Positions 38,088 to 47,857 of a stretch of 64,000 nucleotides of DNA are shown here, in pieces. The stretch comes from a bacterium. Its GTDB lineage: Bacteria; Patescibacteriota; Minisyncoccia; Phycocordibacterales; UBA6899. Made by a program: the position numbers and the translations under genes. The stretch is taken from the NCBI GenBank assembly GCA_043756865.1, contig JAYUQG010000019.1, positions 101,467 to 165,466 on the forward strand, read 5' to 3'. The notes below the pieces were generated by a model. That model was not told the DNA's origin and made no database searches. It worked only from the letters and a program-made list of their open reading frames with translations. Positions within the stretch are counted from its first letter, which is position 1. Every line of letters begins with the position of its first letter.

Positions 38088-38609
38088 TTATTGTTGCAAG
38101 GCAGGTTCATAGAGTAATTTAAGTTTTTCGAGTCCACGGTGTACCTGTACGGCTATGGCGTTCTTTGTTTGACCAGTACAGAGTGCAATCTCTGCAAGCG
38201 AGAGGTCTTCCACGTAGCGCATGTGCACAACCTTTTTATATCGTTCAGGTAACTGCGCTATCAAGAGCACCGCCGTCTCTCCATCTAATATGTCAAACAA
38301 CCGTGAGGAAAAACCGGTTGTTGGTTCGTATCCTTTTTCAATAAGCAAATCAAGCGAAACCGTTTTGCCTTTACGGTACTCGTCAATTACGAGATTGTTC
38401 AATACGTGGTAGAGAAAGGCCTTCATCAGGTCGATTCTCCCTCCTTTTACGAGGTATGCCCACGTTTTTAAGAATGTGTCTTGTACAAGGTCCTCACTCG
38501 TATCCCGATTGTTTGTCTTAAAGTAAGCATGAACCTTCATTCCTTTTCCGTAGTCTTGATGTGCTACGGTAAGTAACTTACGTTGTTTTATGGTTTGTAA
38601 TGGACTCAT
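38088..38609 (-). CDS. ECF-type sigma-70 factor
   Basis: EDLVQDTFLKTW, AFLYHVLNNLVIDEYRK (region 2); LSLAEIA...VQVHRGLEKLK (region 4). Confidence 0.92.
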   Translation of the reverse strand: MSPLQTIKQRKLLTVAHQDYGKGMKVHAYFKTNNRDTSEDLVQDTFLKTWAYLVKGGRIDLMKAFLYHVLNNLVIDEYRKGKTVSLDLLIEKGYEPTTGFSSRLFDILDGETAVLLIAQLPERYKKVVHMRYVEDLSLAEIALCTGQTKNAIAVQVHRGLEKLKLLYEPALQQ

Positions 38610-38728
38610 ACCTTTAGTTAGCTATTACAAGGAGCATAGTCCTCACCCATCTTAAGATGTAATAAGACAAATTTGATCAATTTTTAGATGAAAAAATGTT
38701 CTATAATTTCCTGAGAAAGTAGGGTTAT

Positions 38729-39934
38729 TTACGTATGTGCCCCAAGATAGAGCGGGTTTATTTTGAGTGACTGTGTCGTGAGTATGAAAAAATCCTTGAT
38801 CCCGGTTTCTACGGCAATATTTTTTCTAATCGCGTCGGCAATATTATAGAGCTTTTTCCAATCAAATCGCGCTTCCGCGTCCATTAGTTCAGAGATCTCA
38901 GAAAACTGCCAGTCATTCTGTGTTGCGTCGTCGTCATGAAAAATAACACGAAGTAAGCCGTATTGCCTGCTAAATTTTTGTATCTTTATCTCGCTTGCGC
39001 CGACATGGAGTATTCCATTTTCTTGATCAAACGAAGCGGTAGATACGGTTTCACCTCGTTCGACGTGTTTTGCGTCGCGTTTCATAAGGATCTTGTTCAG
39101 ATGTTCCAGCTCAGCGGTATTCGTCCGATAAAGGTCTTCGACGAGCTTAAGCTTTGTGACGTCAACGATAACACCCTGCACTGAGCGCTTCCCTTGGTAG
39201 ACAAACGGACTGGATGCTATTTCGACATCGCGCACTTCGCCACCAAGTGTGATGATTTTATACGGCACCAGCGGAGTATTGATATTTTCGGTTACCACCG
39301 CATTTATTTGCTTGCGCACTTGGTCATGAAAATCCTCGTGAATAAAATTCAGTAGAGGCTTTCCAATAATCTCTTCCATTTGCTGACATCCGAATAGTTT
39401 GACCGCGGCGGTGTTTAAGAATCGAAACGCGCCATCGTTGTGTACAAAAAGTGCGTGAGGGGAGAACTCTACGATTCTTTTATAGTGCTCCTCATTTTCT
39501 GCGATTATTCGTGCTGCATTGGCGTGTACGGAAATATCCACCCAAGAGCCAATAATTTCTGCAGTACTCTCGTCAGTGGCCTTGATATAGTTCGCACAAT
39601 CGATAAACCAATGATACGTCTCATCCTTGTGGAGCCAGCGATAGGTCATCTCAATAGCCTGCATACTTCCTTGCTCAAGTTGTATAAGCTTTTCAATAAC
39701 TTCGAGCTTGTCTCTGGGGTGTAGGCGGTCTGCCCAAAAAGTGCGGTCACGCCCAAAGTCATTGAACTCGAATCCGGTACTCTGAACGAAGTTTGGCCCC
39801 ATCCACAGCACCTCCCAGCCCCGCCTCTCGGTGTTGAATTTTTGCTTATAGAGCACCGCAGGAGGAAAATAAAATGTTTTCTGGTCCATTACCACAACCC
39901 CTTCTACTTTGTTGAGTTTTCCTTTTTTAACCAT
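38729..39934 (-). CDS. PAS-PAS protein with putative C-terminal winged-helix output domain
   Basis: FWADRLHPRD...YRWLHKD (PAS_3-like); YKRIVEFSP...GKPLLNFIH (PAS); C-terminal beta-hairpin and helices resemble an OmpR-type wHTH. Start uncertain. Confidence 0.75.
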   Translation of the reverse strand: MVKKGKLNKVEGVVVMDQKTFYFPPAVLYKQKFNTERRGWEVLWMGPNFVQSTGFEFNDFGRDRTFWADRLHPRDKLEVIEKLIQLEQGSMQAIEMTYRWLHKDETYHWFIDCANYIKATDESTAEIIGSWVDISVHANAARIIAENEEHYKRIVEFSPHALFVHNDGAFRFLNTAAVKLFGCQQMEEIIGKPLLNFIHEDFHDQVRKQINAVVTENINTPLVPYKIITLGGEVRDVEIASSPFVYQGKRSVQGVIVDVTKLKLVEDLYRTNTAELEHLNKILMKRDAKHVERGETVSTASFDQENGILHVGASEIKIQKFSRQYGLLRVIFHDDDATQNDWQFSEISELMDAEARFDWKKLYNIADAIRKNIAVETGIKDFFILTTQSLKINPLYLGAHT

Positions 39935-40067
39935 ACTGGAGAGGATAGCACCTATATTTGTGAAACTATCATAAAAAATAGCCGACGACAATGAATTGCC
40001 TTGTGCGGGCACTGTCTTAAGAAAGTCTTTGTATTTCTTAAGAGTGGTACGGAATACGATTTGTTGT

Positions 40068-40682
40068 ATGAACATGCAACGAAAAGTGTTGAGTCACGGA
40101 ACAGCATATGGTGGGACACTCTTTCACCGCGCAATCATTATACTTGGTATATGCACAATGTTTGTAAGTGTTTTGCTTTTACACACAAACGTAGCAAGTG
40201 CCAGAACCGTGTACCAAACGCCCGATATTGACGCAGTCGACACACGCGACGGTTTTTCCCCGTTACACACTATTACTGTGGAGGAATTACTTGACCTCAC
40301 AAACAAGGATCGCGTGGATGCTGGACTTCCTGTGCTTACAATAAATCAGGAGCTCGTTAATTCGTCTGAACTTAAGGTAAAAGATATGGCAACGAGGGGG
40401 TACTTTGCTCACGTGACACCGGAAGGGAAAAGTCCATGGTATTGGTTTGCTTTGGCAGGATATAACTATCACTCAGCCGGCGAGAATCTTGCAGTAGATT
40501 TTATTGGTTCTTCCGCGATAGAAGATGCGTGGATGAAGTCACCAAGCCACCGAAAAAATATCCTGAACTCGAAATATACAGAAATTGGAATCTCACTTTC
40601 ATCAGGTTACTTCAAGGGTCGCCACACCATCTTTGTTGTTGAGCATTTTGGAAACCGACGGACGAGCCACTTTCAATTCTAA
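40068..40682 (+). CDS. Secreted CAP (SCP-like) domain protein
   Basis: KVKDMATRGYFAH, AGENLA, WMKSPSHRKNI; paralog of 2695-3786. Confidence 0.88.
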   Translation: MNMQRKVLSHGTAYGGTLFHRAIIILGICTMFVSVLLLHTNVASARTVYQTPDIDAVDTRDGFSPLHTITVEELLDLTNKDRVDAGLPVLTINQELVNSSELKVKDMATRGYFAHVTPEGKSPWYWFALAGYNYHSAGENLAVDFIGSSAIEDAWMKSPSHRKNILNSKYTEIGISLSSGYFKGRHTIFVVEHFGNRRTSHFQF

Positions 40683-40869
40683 ATAATGTCGTAGCAGGAA
40701 TTTGCCCAAATGCATAAACGGGGTACAGTAAATGCAGAGGAAGGTCTGCAATGAAATGGGTCCCCACATGCTGGTAGCAATGTTGCTCAACAGAAAGGCA
40801 AAACACGCATATATTACACTCTTTCAACACACACTGTAATCAATTGGCTCCTGAAACGGCGATACGTAC

Positions 40870-41460
40870 ATGGATACCGCAAACACAAACACCGGGCATG
40901 GGCATAAACAAGAGGGGTCAGATTTTTTTGATCGCTTATGGGAAGAGAGCTGGACGCTCATCAAGACGGTTGTTGATGTCGTCAGAGAGCCCATGTTGAT
41001 ACTTGATAAAGAACTTCGCGTGATGGCGGCAAACGAGTCGTTCTACCGTACGTTTCAAGTGGAACAAAAAGACACTGAGGGCAAGATCGTGTATGAATTA
41101 GGAGACGGACAGTGGGGAATACCTGCGCTCCGCAAGCTTCTCGAAGATATTCTCCCCAAAAATACATTTTTTAAGGGCTTTGAGGTCGCTCATGATTTCC
41201 CGTCCATCGGACGCAAGGTCATGATACTGAATGGTCGGCAGATTCACTGCAAAGAGAACTCTACTTCAAAACTCTATTCGCCGATTATTTTGTTGGCACT
41301 GGAAGATGTCACTGATATGATGATGATTGCACAAAAGCTCGCAAATCACACAAATCAATTTGAAGAAAAAATAAGCGAACGAACACAATACACGGAAATG
41401 CAAATCAATAAATTAGAAAAAGAAATCAATGAGTTAAAAATGAAATCACAAAACTCCTGA
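40870..41460 (+). CDS. Stand-alone PAS domain + coiled coil, resembling the terminal PAS of CheB-CheR fusions
   Basis: VREPMLILD...ANESFYRTF...YELGDGQWGIPALRKLLEDILP...HDFPSIGRKVMILN. Confidence 0.82.
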   Translation: MDTANTNTGHGHKQEGSDFFDRLWEESWTLIKTVVDVVREPMLILDKELRVMAANESFYRTFQVEQKDTEGKIVYELGDGQWGIPALRKLLEDILPKNTFFKGFEVAHDFPSIGRKVMILNGRQIHCKENSTSKLYSPIILLALEDVTDMMMIAQKLANHTNQFEEKISERTQYTEMQINKLEKEINELKMKSQNS

Positions 41461-41499
41461 TTAATCACTTAGCCGCTTAATTTATCATAAAAAATATAT

Positions 41500-42759
41500 A
41501 TGAAAATAATTCACACATCAGCACGTTTCTCAGTTTTAGTAGTTGGACTCATGCTTGGCTTTGCGGGACCAGTCGCTGTCTTTGCCGCAAGTCCTGCAGC
41601 TATCAATCTCGGCGCGGCAGGTAATTATGCTATCCTTGCAAAAACAGGTATCTCAACAACGGGCGCAACCGCAGTAGTCGGAGACCTTGGTATTAGCCCT
41701 GCTGCCTCAACGTACATTACGGGATTTGCACTCACTCTCCCTTCAGCGAGTGCATATTCAACCTCCGCGCTTGTCACTGGGAAGGTGTATGCACCAGGAT
41801 ACGCTGATCCGACTACGTCGAACCTGACAACAGCGGTGCTTGATATGCAAAATGCATATACTGATGCAATGGGGCGCGCAGCGGGCGTCACGGAGCTCGG
41901 AGCAGGCAATATTGGAGGACTCACCCTTACGTCAGGTGTCTACAAGTGGGGAACAGGAGTTCTTGTGCCTACAAACGTGACGCTTTCAGGCAGCGCAAAC
42001 GATGTATGGATTTTCCAAATCGCGCAAAACCTTAATCTGAGTTCAGGTGTGCAAATAGTGCTTTCGGGCGGTGCACAGGCGAGCAATGTCTTCTGGGCAG
42101 TTGCAGGTCAGACGACGCTTGGCACAACTGCGGTCATGAACGGAACCGTGCTTGATCAAACGGCAATTGTGTTGAATACCGGAGCAGTGTTAAATGGACG
42201 CGCGCTTGCTCAAAGCGCAGTGACACTTGATGCAAGCACGGTGACCCTCTCAAGTGCATCTGCAGTACCGGCTGTGCCAGCAACTCCTGCGACTCCCGCA
42301 GTGCCAACCGTCACACCTCCCGTATCGGCGACACCTGCTACTCCTGCAGTTTCAAGCAGTGGCGGAAGTTCAGTTTCATCACAAAGTGGAGTTGCCCCTG
42401 TTTCGGAAGAAGCAAAGGCACGTATGCAAGTGCAGATCGCAGAGCTTTCCGTCACACTTGAAGCACTTCGTGCCCAACGCACAATGCCTGCAGCTTCTGC
42501 ATTTGGACAACAAGTGCGCTCCATCGCGACTGACTTCAAAGTGGGAAGCAGGGGAGCAAACGTGAGTGTACTTCAGCGGTTCCTCATGGAACAGGGTAAG
42601 GGTTCTGCCGCTCGCGCACTTGCTACTCATGGTTCCACAACATACTTTGGTCCGCTCACGCGAGCCGCACTCGCAGAGTTTCAAGCAAGCGTCGGTATCA
42701 GCCCCGCACTTGGCAACTTCGGCCCTATTACTAGAGCATATGTCAGCACGCATTTCTAA
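41500..42759 (+). CDS. Secreted ice-binding-like protein (DUF3494) with C-terminal peptidoglycan-binding domain
   Basis: Signal peptide; INLGAAGNYAILAKTGIS, SGVYKW, VWIFQI, GAQASNVFW, NGRALAQSAVTLD; VSVLQRFL...YFGPLTRAALAEFQ. Confidence 0.92.
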   Translation: MKIIHTSARFSVLVVGLMLGFAGPVAVFAASPAAINLGAAGNYAILAKTGISTTGATAVVGDLGISPAASTYITGFALTLPSASAYSTSALVTGKVYAPGYADPTTSNLTTAVLDMQNAYTDAMGRAAGVTELGAGNIGGLTLTSGVYKWGTGVLVPTNVTLSGSANDVWIFQIAQNLNLSSGVQIVLSGGAQASNVFWAVAGQTTLGTTAVMNGTVLDQTAIVLNTGAVLNGRALAQSAVTLDASTVTLSSASAVPAVPATPATPAVPTVTPPVSATPATPAVSSSGGSSVSSQSGVAPVSEEAKARMQVQIAELSVTLEALRAQRTMPAASAFGQQVRSIATDFKVGSRGANVSVLQRFLMEQGKGSAARALATHGSTTYFGPLTRAALAEFQASVGISPALGNFGPITRAYVSTHF

Positions 42760-42783
42760 TCATTGTTCGATAACGCACATCTT

Positions 42784-44580
42784 ATGAATTACAAAAACAA
42801 ATTATTGACCTCGCTTGGTATTGCACTGCTCGTTGTGGTGTCAGGTCCACAGATTGCGAGTGCGGCATCAACTCCGTCACTCGGTACAGCTGGCACGTAC
42901 AGTATTCTCTCCAGCACTTTTACTCGTAATATTGCGGTAACAACCATTACTGGAAACCTTGGGTACACCACCTTAAGTGGTGGGGGGTCACACACGGTCA
43001 ATGGTATTACCAATACTCCTGCTCCTGCTCAATCGGGGATAGACCAGAATAGTGCATCAACTACTCTTGCTTCAGAGCCATGCACATTTACTTTTGCACC
43101 AGGAGCGATTGACCTCTCGACGGATACCACGCACGGTCCAATAGGAGTTTATACACCAGGAGTCTACTGTACTGCAGCATCGAGTGCCGCTTCAATCGGG
43201 ACAGCAGGGTTGACTCTCTCTGGCGCAGGAACTTATATTTTTAGGATCTTTGGCGCGCTCACTTCAGCAGCAAACTCGCAAGTCAGACTAGCTAATGGGG
43301 CATCATCGTGTGACGTTTTCTGGTCTCCCGCAGCTGCGACAACCCTTGGGGCAAATACCATATTCGTGGGTACGGTTATTGATGATGCAGGTATTACTGT
43401 TGGCAATACCACCTCATGGTTTGGACGAGCCTTGGCATTTGGTGGAACTGTAACGACTGACACAGATATTATTAACTCGTCTTGTATTACTGGCGCGTTC
43501 CCGAGCGCAGTACCTATTGCCACTATCAATGTTGTTAAAGTGGTCGTGAATGATGGCGGTGGAACTAAAACCGTTGCAGACTTTCCGCTCTTCGTTAACG
43601 GTACGCCGGTTTCTTCGGGTGTGACCAATACTTTTCCCGCACCTGCTCCTCGGTATCAGATCTCCGAAACGTACGATTCTTCAAAGTACTCACAGAGCTT
43701 CTCCGGTGATTGTGGCTTAAATGGTGGAATGAGCCTTGTCCCGGGTGACAACAAGTTCTGCATCATCACGAACAACGACATAAAAGCACCCATTGTTCCT
43801 GTTGTTCCGCCATTGATCAAGGTATTGAAGGTGGCCAGCCCCCTTTCCCTCCCGCTCGGCCCTGGACCAGTTACGTACACCTATACGGTCAAGAATATTG
43901 GAACGGTCCCAGTGACCAACGTCACGATGGTCGGTGACACCTGCGCTCCGATCATTTTAGTCGCCGGTGACGTAAATGCCGACTCAAAGATCGATGTGGG
44001 TACGACATGGACGTTTCGCTGCACCACAACACTCGCGAAAACACACACAAACACCGTCGTTGCGACTGGATGGGCGAATGGCATTTCCGCAGTTGATATT
44101 GCAAGTGCCACTGTTGTTGTTGGTGCACCAATAGTGCCACCACTGATACACATTACAAAGACTCCAAGTCAGTTCACACTTGGGGTCGGTGGGGGATTTG
44201 TAACATACACCAAAATGGTCCATAACCCTGGGACGGTCCCGCTTGCCAATGTTCGCCTCACGGACAATGACTGCAACCCAATTTCTGGCCCCTTCGGTGA
44301 CGCAAATAAGAACAGCCTACTTGACCCAAGTGAGTCATGGGCATACGCCTGCCGAACGAATCTCAGTAAAACAACAACTAACACTGTTTTTGTAACTGGC
44401 GAAGCCAATGGCCTGATCGCAAGAGACTTCGCGATTGCAACTGTCGTTGTTGCTGTGCCAAAATTGCCAAATACGGGAATCGCTCCTGATGAGCAAAACA
44501 TTCTATGGCCAATCTTGATTGGACTCTCCGTCTTTGCTGTGGGACTGCTCTCCATAGTTGGAATAAAAAAGGCACTATAG
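42784..44580 (+). CDS. Ice-binding-like protein (DUF3494) with Ig-like stalk and LPNTG sorting signal
   Basis: PGVYC, YIFRI, GASSCDVFW, GRALAFGGTVT; two ~105-aa repeats (43807-44121, 44137-44451); LPNTG (44464-44478) + TM + KK. Confidence 0.9.
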   Translation: MNYKNKLLTSLGIALLVVVSGPQIASAASTPSLGTAGTYSILSSTFTRNIAVTTITGNLGYTTLSGGGSHTVNGITNTPAPAQSGIDQNSASTTLASEPCTFTFAPGAIDLSTDTTHGPIGVYTPGVYCTAASSAASIGTAGLTLSGAGTYIFRIFGALTSAANSQVRLANGASSCDVFWSPAAATTLGANTIFVGTVIDDAGITVGNTTSWFGRALAFGGTVTTDTDIINSSCITGAFPSAVPIATINVVKVVVNDGGGTKTVADFPLFVNGTPVSSGVTNTFPAPAPRYQISETYDSSKYSQSFSGDCGLNGGMSLVPGDNKFCIITNNDIKAPIVPVVPPLIKVLKVASPLSLPLGPGPVTYTYTVKNIGTVPVTNVTMVGDTCAPIILVAGDVNADSKIDVGTTWTFRCTTTLAKTHTNTVVATGWANGISAVDIASATVVVGAPIVPPLIHITKTPSQFTLGVGGGFVTYTKMVHNPGTVPLANVRLTDNDCNPISGPFGDANKNSLLDPSESWAYACRTNLSKTTTNTVFVTGEANGLIARDFAIATVVVAVPKLPNTGIAPDEQNILWPILIGLSVFAVGLLSIVGIKKAL

Positions 44581-44612
44581 TCCGTCGATCTGTTTGCAAA
44601 TGAAGAAAAAAG

Positions 44613-44638
44613 AGAGCCAGATAAATTTGTCTGGCTCT
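44613..44638 (+). terminator. Hairpin between the LPNTG protein and the sortase
   Basis: agagccaga-taaatttg-tctggctct; weak T tract. Confidence 0.45.
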
Positions 44639-44664
44639 TACGGCACGGCAAATATTAGAAATCT

Positions 44665-45543
44665 ATGAAATCAAAAAACATATTTGGGCAGATGTTGCTC
44701 ATTGTCAGCCTTATCAGCCTTGGAGTGTTTGCGACAGCCCCAACTTTAGTGTTAGCCTCCACATTCATAACAAACCTCCAACTGGGCAGCAATGAGGCCG
44801 GTGTAAAAGATCTGCAAATGCTCTTGAACATGAGCACTGACACACAAGTTGCAGTAGTGGGTGCCGGATCACCGGGTAATGAAACAACATACTTCGGACA
44901 AGCAACAAAAGCTGCGGTTATTAAATTCCAAAACAAATATGCCCTAGAGATTCTTACGCCAGCTGGCTTAACTAAGGGCACCGGCTTTGTCGGTAAACTC
45001 ACTCGCGTAAAGTTGGGCATGATGAACAGACCAGTACAGCTGATTGAAAACGTCGTCATGCTCCCCAAACAAGAACCTGTAAGTATCGGGTTGCCGACGC
45101 GACTCAAAATTCCCTCACTCGCCATCGACACTTCTTTCGAGTTTGCCGGTCTTACGCCAGAGGGAGCAATGGATGCGCCGAAGGGTCCTACTGCTGTGGC
45201 GTGGTTTAAACTCGGTCCGCGACCAGGAGATGCGGGCAGTGCTGTAATTTCCGGACACTATGGCTGGAAAAATAGCATACCTGCGGTATTTGATAATTTG
45301 CACACGTTGGTAAAAGGAGACAAACTCTACGTTCTCGATGAACGCGGGGCGACCACTACTTTCATCGTGCGCGAATTGCGAACCTACGGGGCGCAAGACG
45401 ATGCCTCGGACGTGTTTGGTTCTAGTGACGGGAAGTCACATCTAAATCTCATTACCTGTAAGGGAATTTGGAACAAGAATGAAAAAAGTTACTCGGAGCG
45501 ACTCGTCGTATTTGCTGATAAAAATATAGATGAGAGTTTGTAG
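44665..45543 (+). CDS. Class F-like sortase with N-terminal peptidoglycan-binding domain
   Basis: [40 protein letters not shown] (His/Cys/Arg triad); VKDLQMLLN...[14 protein letters not shown]. Confidence 0.9.
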   Translation: MKSKNIFGQMLLIVSLISLGVFATAPTLVLASTFITNLQLGSNEAGVKDLQMLLNMSTDTQVAVVGAGSPGNETTYFGQATKAAVIKFQNKYALEILTPAGLTKGTGFVGKLTRVKLGMMNRPVQLIENVVMLPKQEPVSIGLPTRLKIPSLAIDTSFEFAGLTPEGAMDAPKGPTAVAWFKLGPRPGDAGSAVISGHYGWKNSIPAVFDNLHTLVKGDKLYVLDERGATTTFIVRELRTYGAQDDASDVFGSSDGKSHLNLITCKGIWNKNEKSYSERLVVFADKNIDESL

Positions 45544-45562
45544 AGAGTAAAACCTGACTCAA

Positions 45563-45775
45563 CATAAGCTTGTTTTCTTGCTTCTCTAGAAGGGTGAGCG
45601 GATGCTTCTTTGTTCCTTTTGTCGATGCACGCATTGGGGTGTTGTTTTTCGATACAGCGAAATCCCGTATACCCACACACCAACTAATCGGTGGAATAGC
45701 GAGGAAGAGCGGTTCCTTGTTGGTCAGCTGCTTGTCATGTCACCTTCCTGCTTTGGTGGAAGACATCCAGAGGTT
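45563..45775 (-). pseudogene. Decayed IS5/ISL2-like DDE transposase fragment
   Basis: Across frameshifts reads STKAGR*HDKQL...AIP, then TGFRCIEKQHPN, then KGTKKHPLTLLEKQENKLM, matching the GxxHD / DxGFxG / KxPLTxxxKxxN order. Confidence 0.65.
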
Positions 45776-46056
45776 GCGGTTCGTGTTTAGCTGAGGATAC
45801 ATGCGCATTCGCGAGGTAGGCGAGGCTTCTCCAGTTTTGGATAGACAAAGTATCCAGCGTATCTGTGGCGGAACGGACAGACTGCCCACTGGAGTGAATA
45901 TGCGACCACCGCGATAAGAAGTGTGAGCACAACCCAGGAAAAATAAGAGTCCGGATAATTACCTCATCATGCTCAAATTTCGTTGTTTGTCCAAGTAGTC
46001 TGGGAAGTTTTTACCATACTTGAGACACCTGCTCGAGCATGTTAGTCTGGGCGCAC

Positions 46057-47163
46057 ATGGGCCAGCAGAAACAGAAAGTATTTGTCGGAATGTCGGGTGG
46101 GGTAGACTCATCTGTATCTGCGGCGCTCCTACTGGAACAAAACTACGAAGTGGTGGGAGTGTTCATCAAGGTGTGGCAGGCTGATTTTCTTCCATGCACT
46201 TGGAGAGAAGAGCGTCGCGAGGCAATGCGCGCTGCAGCACACCTCGAAATTCCATTTCTCACGCTTGACCTTGAAAAGGAATACAAGGAAGAAGTGGTGG
46301 ACTACATGATACGTGAATACGGTGCAGGACGTGTGCCGAATCCGGACGTTATGTGCAACAAGCATGTGAAGTTTGGTGCGTTTCTCGACTTCGCAAAAAA
46401 GAACGGCGCTGATTGTATCGCGACCGGCCACTATGCACGCATCACACATGTACAAAGTCCGTCTTTGTACACTCTGCTTGCGGGGACAGATAAAGAGAAA
46501 GACCAGTCTTACTTCTTGTGGACACTGGCGCAAGCACAGTTGCAACACACACTTTTCCCTGTTGGTCACCTCAAGAAGCCTGATGTACGCGCACTAGCAA
46601 AAAAATTTGGCCTCCCTAATGCAGAAAAGAAAGACAGCCAAGGGCTCTGCTTTATGGGCGCAGTGGATATGAAAGAATTTTTGAAACACTACCTTGATAC
46701 AAAACCCGGCAAGGTGCTCGGTGCGGGCGGTACGGTAATGGGGGAGCATGACGGAGCGATGCTCTACACCATCGGGCAACGTCATGGTTTTCATACTACA
46801 AAACATACAGCAGACGCAGACCCCCTTTTCGTACTTTCCAAAGATATCGCAGCAAACACCATCACCGTGGGCAACCATGCGGAAAGCGTTTCTGCGGGTG
46901 CACACGAAGTCACCGTAGATGAAATTAATGACCCGTCGCTTACACTGCGCCGAGCAAGTGCCTCTGGAGAAATTATTTCTGCTCGCATTCGCTATCGTGG
47001 CGGCCTTTTTGACACGCAAGTGCATCTCACAACAGCAACAACAGCTCGGATAGTATTTTCACAGCCAGTTGAAGATATCGCCACAGGTCAGTCTATTGTG
47101 TTTTATCTTGGAGACGCGTGTGTTGGCGGTGGAGTTATTGCGCATGTTAGGGCTCGTACGTAA
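46057..47163 (+). CDS. mnmA: tRNA-specific 2-thiouridylase
   Basis: MSGGVDSS, PNPDVMCN, ATGHY, KDQSYFL, DSQGLCF, YTIGQR, GQSIV. Confidence 0.96.
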   Translation: MGQQKQKVFVGMSGGVDSSVSAALLLEQNYEVVGVFIKVWQADFLPCTWREERREAMRAAAHLEIPFLTLDLEKEYKEEVVDYMIREYGAGRVPNPDVMCNKHVKFGAFLDFAKKNGADCIATGHYARITHVQSPSLYTLLAGTDKEKDQSYFLWTLAQAQLQHTLFPVGHLKKPDVRALAKKFGLPNAEKKDSQGLCFMGAVDMKEFLKHYLDTKPGKVLGAGGTVMGEHDGAMLYTIGQRHGFHTTKHTADADPLFVLSKDIAANTITVGNHAESVSAGAHEVTVDEINDPSLTLRRASASGEIISARIRYRGGLFDTQVHLTTATTARIVFSQPVEDIATGQSIVFYLGDACVGGGVIAHVRART

Positions 47164-47327
47164 ATAGCTTCCTCAGATGGGGTGGAGTGCGCCCCGAATA
47201 CGGACACTGCAACCGAGCAAAATGTTAAATCATACTGTAAGTATGGTGCGAAATTTTGTGACCGAGTAGTGACTGTAATCGGGGATGCAGTGCGCGTCAG
47301 ATGGGGGAGTTATTTACGTACGAGCCC
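47150..47327. mobile_element. 178-bp MITE with 17-bp perfect TIR and TTA target duplication
   Basis: gggctcgtacgtaaata (47150-47166) / tatttacgtacgagccc (47311-47327); TTA at 47147-47149 and 47328-47330. Confidence 0.85.
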
Positions 47328-47369
47328 TTAGCTTGCAGTAGACGCGGTACATGCCGTATCATTATGTAA

Positions 47370-47852
47370 ATGGATAACAAGCATATCAGTAGAGACTTGT
47401 TAATTGTGCTTAGTATCGTACTCGCGGGAGCCGCCCTGTTGTACATGTATACACCCGAGGAGGAATCACCCACAGCAACCACACTCGAGAATTCAAACTT
47501 AACAACCCAAGAACCAACTATGCAAGAATCAGATCTTAAAGTCGAAGTTACAAAGCAAGGAGCAGGCGAGCCTGCGGTGAATGGAAAAACACTACTTGTG
47601 CACTACACGGGAACACTGCAGGACGGGACAGTCTTTGATTCGAGTATTCCACGAGGACAGCCGTTCCCCGTAAACTTGGGATCTGGAGAGGTTATTCGTG
47701 GATGGGAGCTTGGTCTCCTCGGCATGAAAGTGGGAGAAGAACGCACGCTGACAATCCCCCCTGAATTGGGCTATGGCAAGGATGGTTTTCCGGGAGTGAT
47801 TCCACCGAACGCAACGCTCATATTTACCGTATCGCTCCTTGGTATCAAATAA
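47370..47852 (+). CDS. FKBP-type peptidyl-prolyl isomerase, membrane-anchored
   Basis: VHYTGTL.DG.VFDSS, VIRGW, IPPELGYG, IPPNATLIF. Confidence 0.95.
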   Translation: MDNKHISRDLLIVLSIVLAGAALLYMYTPEEESPTATTLENSNLTTQEPTMQESDLKVEVTKQGAGEPAVNGKTLLVHYTGTLQDGTVFDSSIPRGQPFPVNLGSGEVIRGWELGLLGMKVGEERTLTIPPELGYGKDGFPGVIPPNATLIFTVSLLGIK

Positions 47853-47857
47853 ACGCC

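Noticed and set aside
37181-38122. 313-aa and 162-aa plus-strand ORFs
   Set aside because: Antisense shadows of the coding repeat; the minus frame continues into a clear PAS domain
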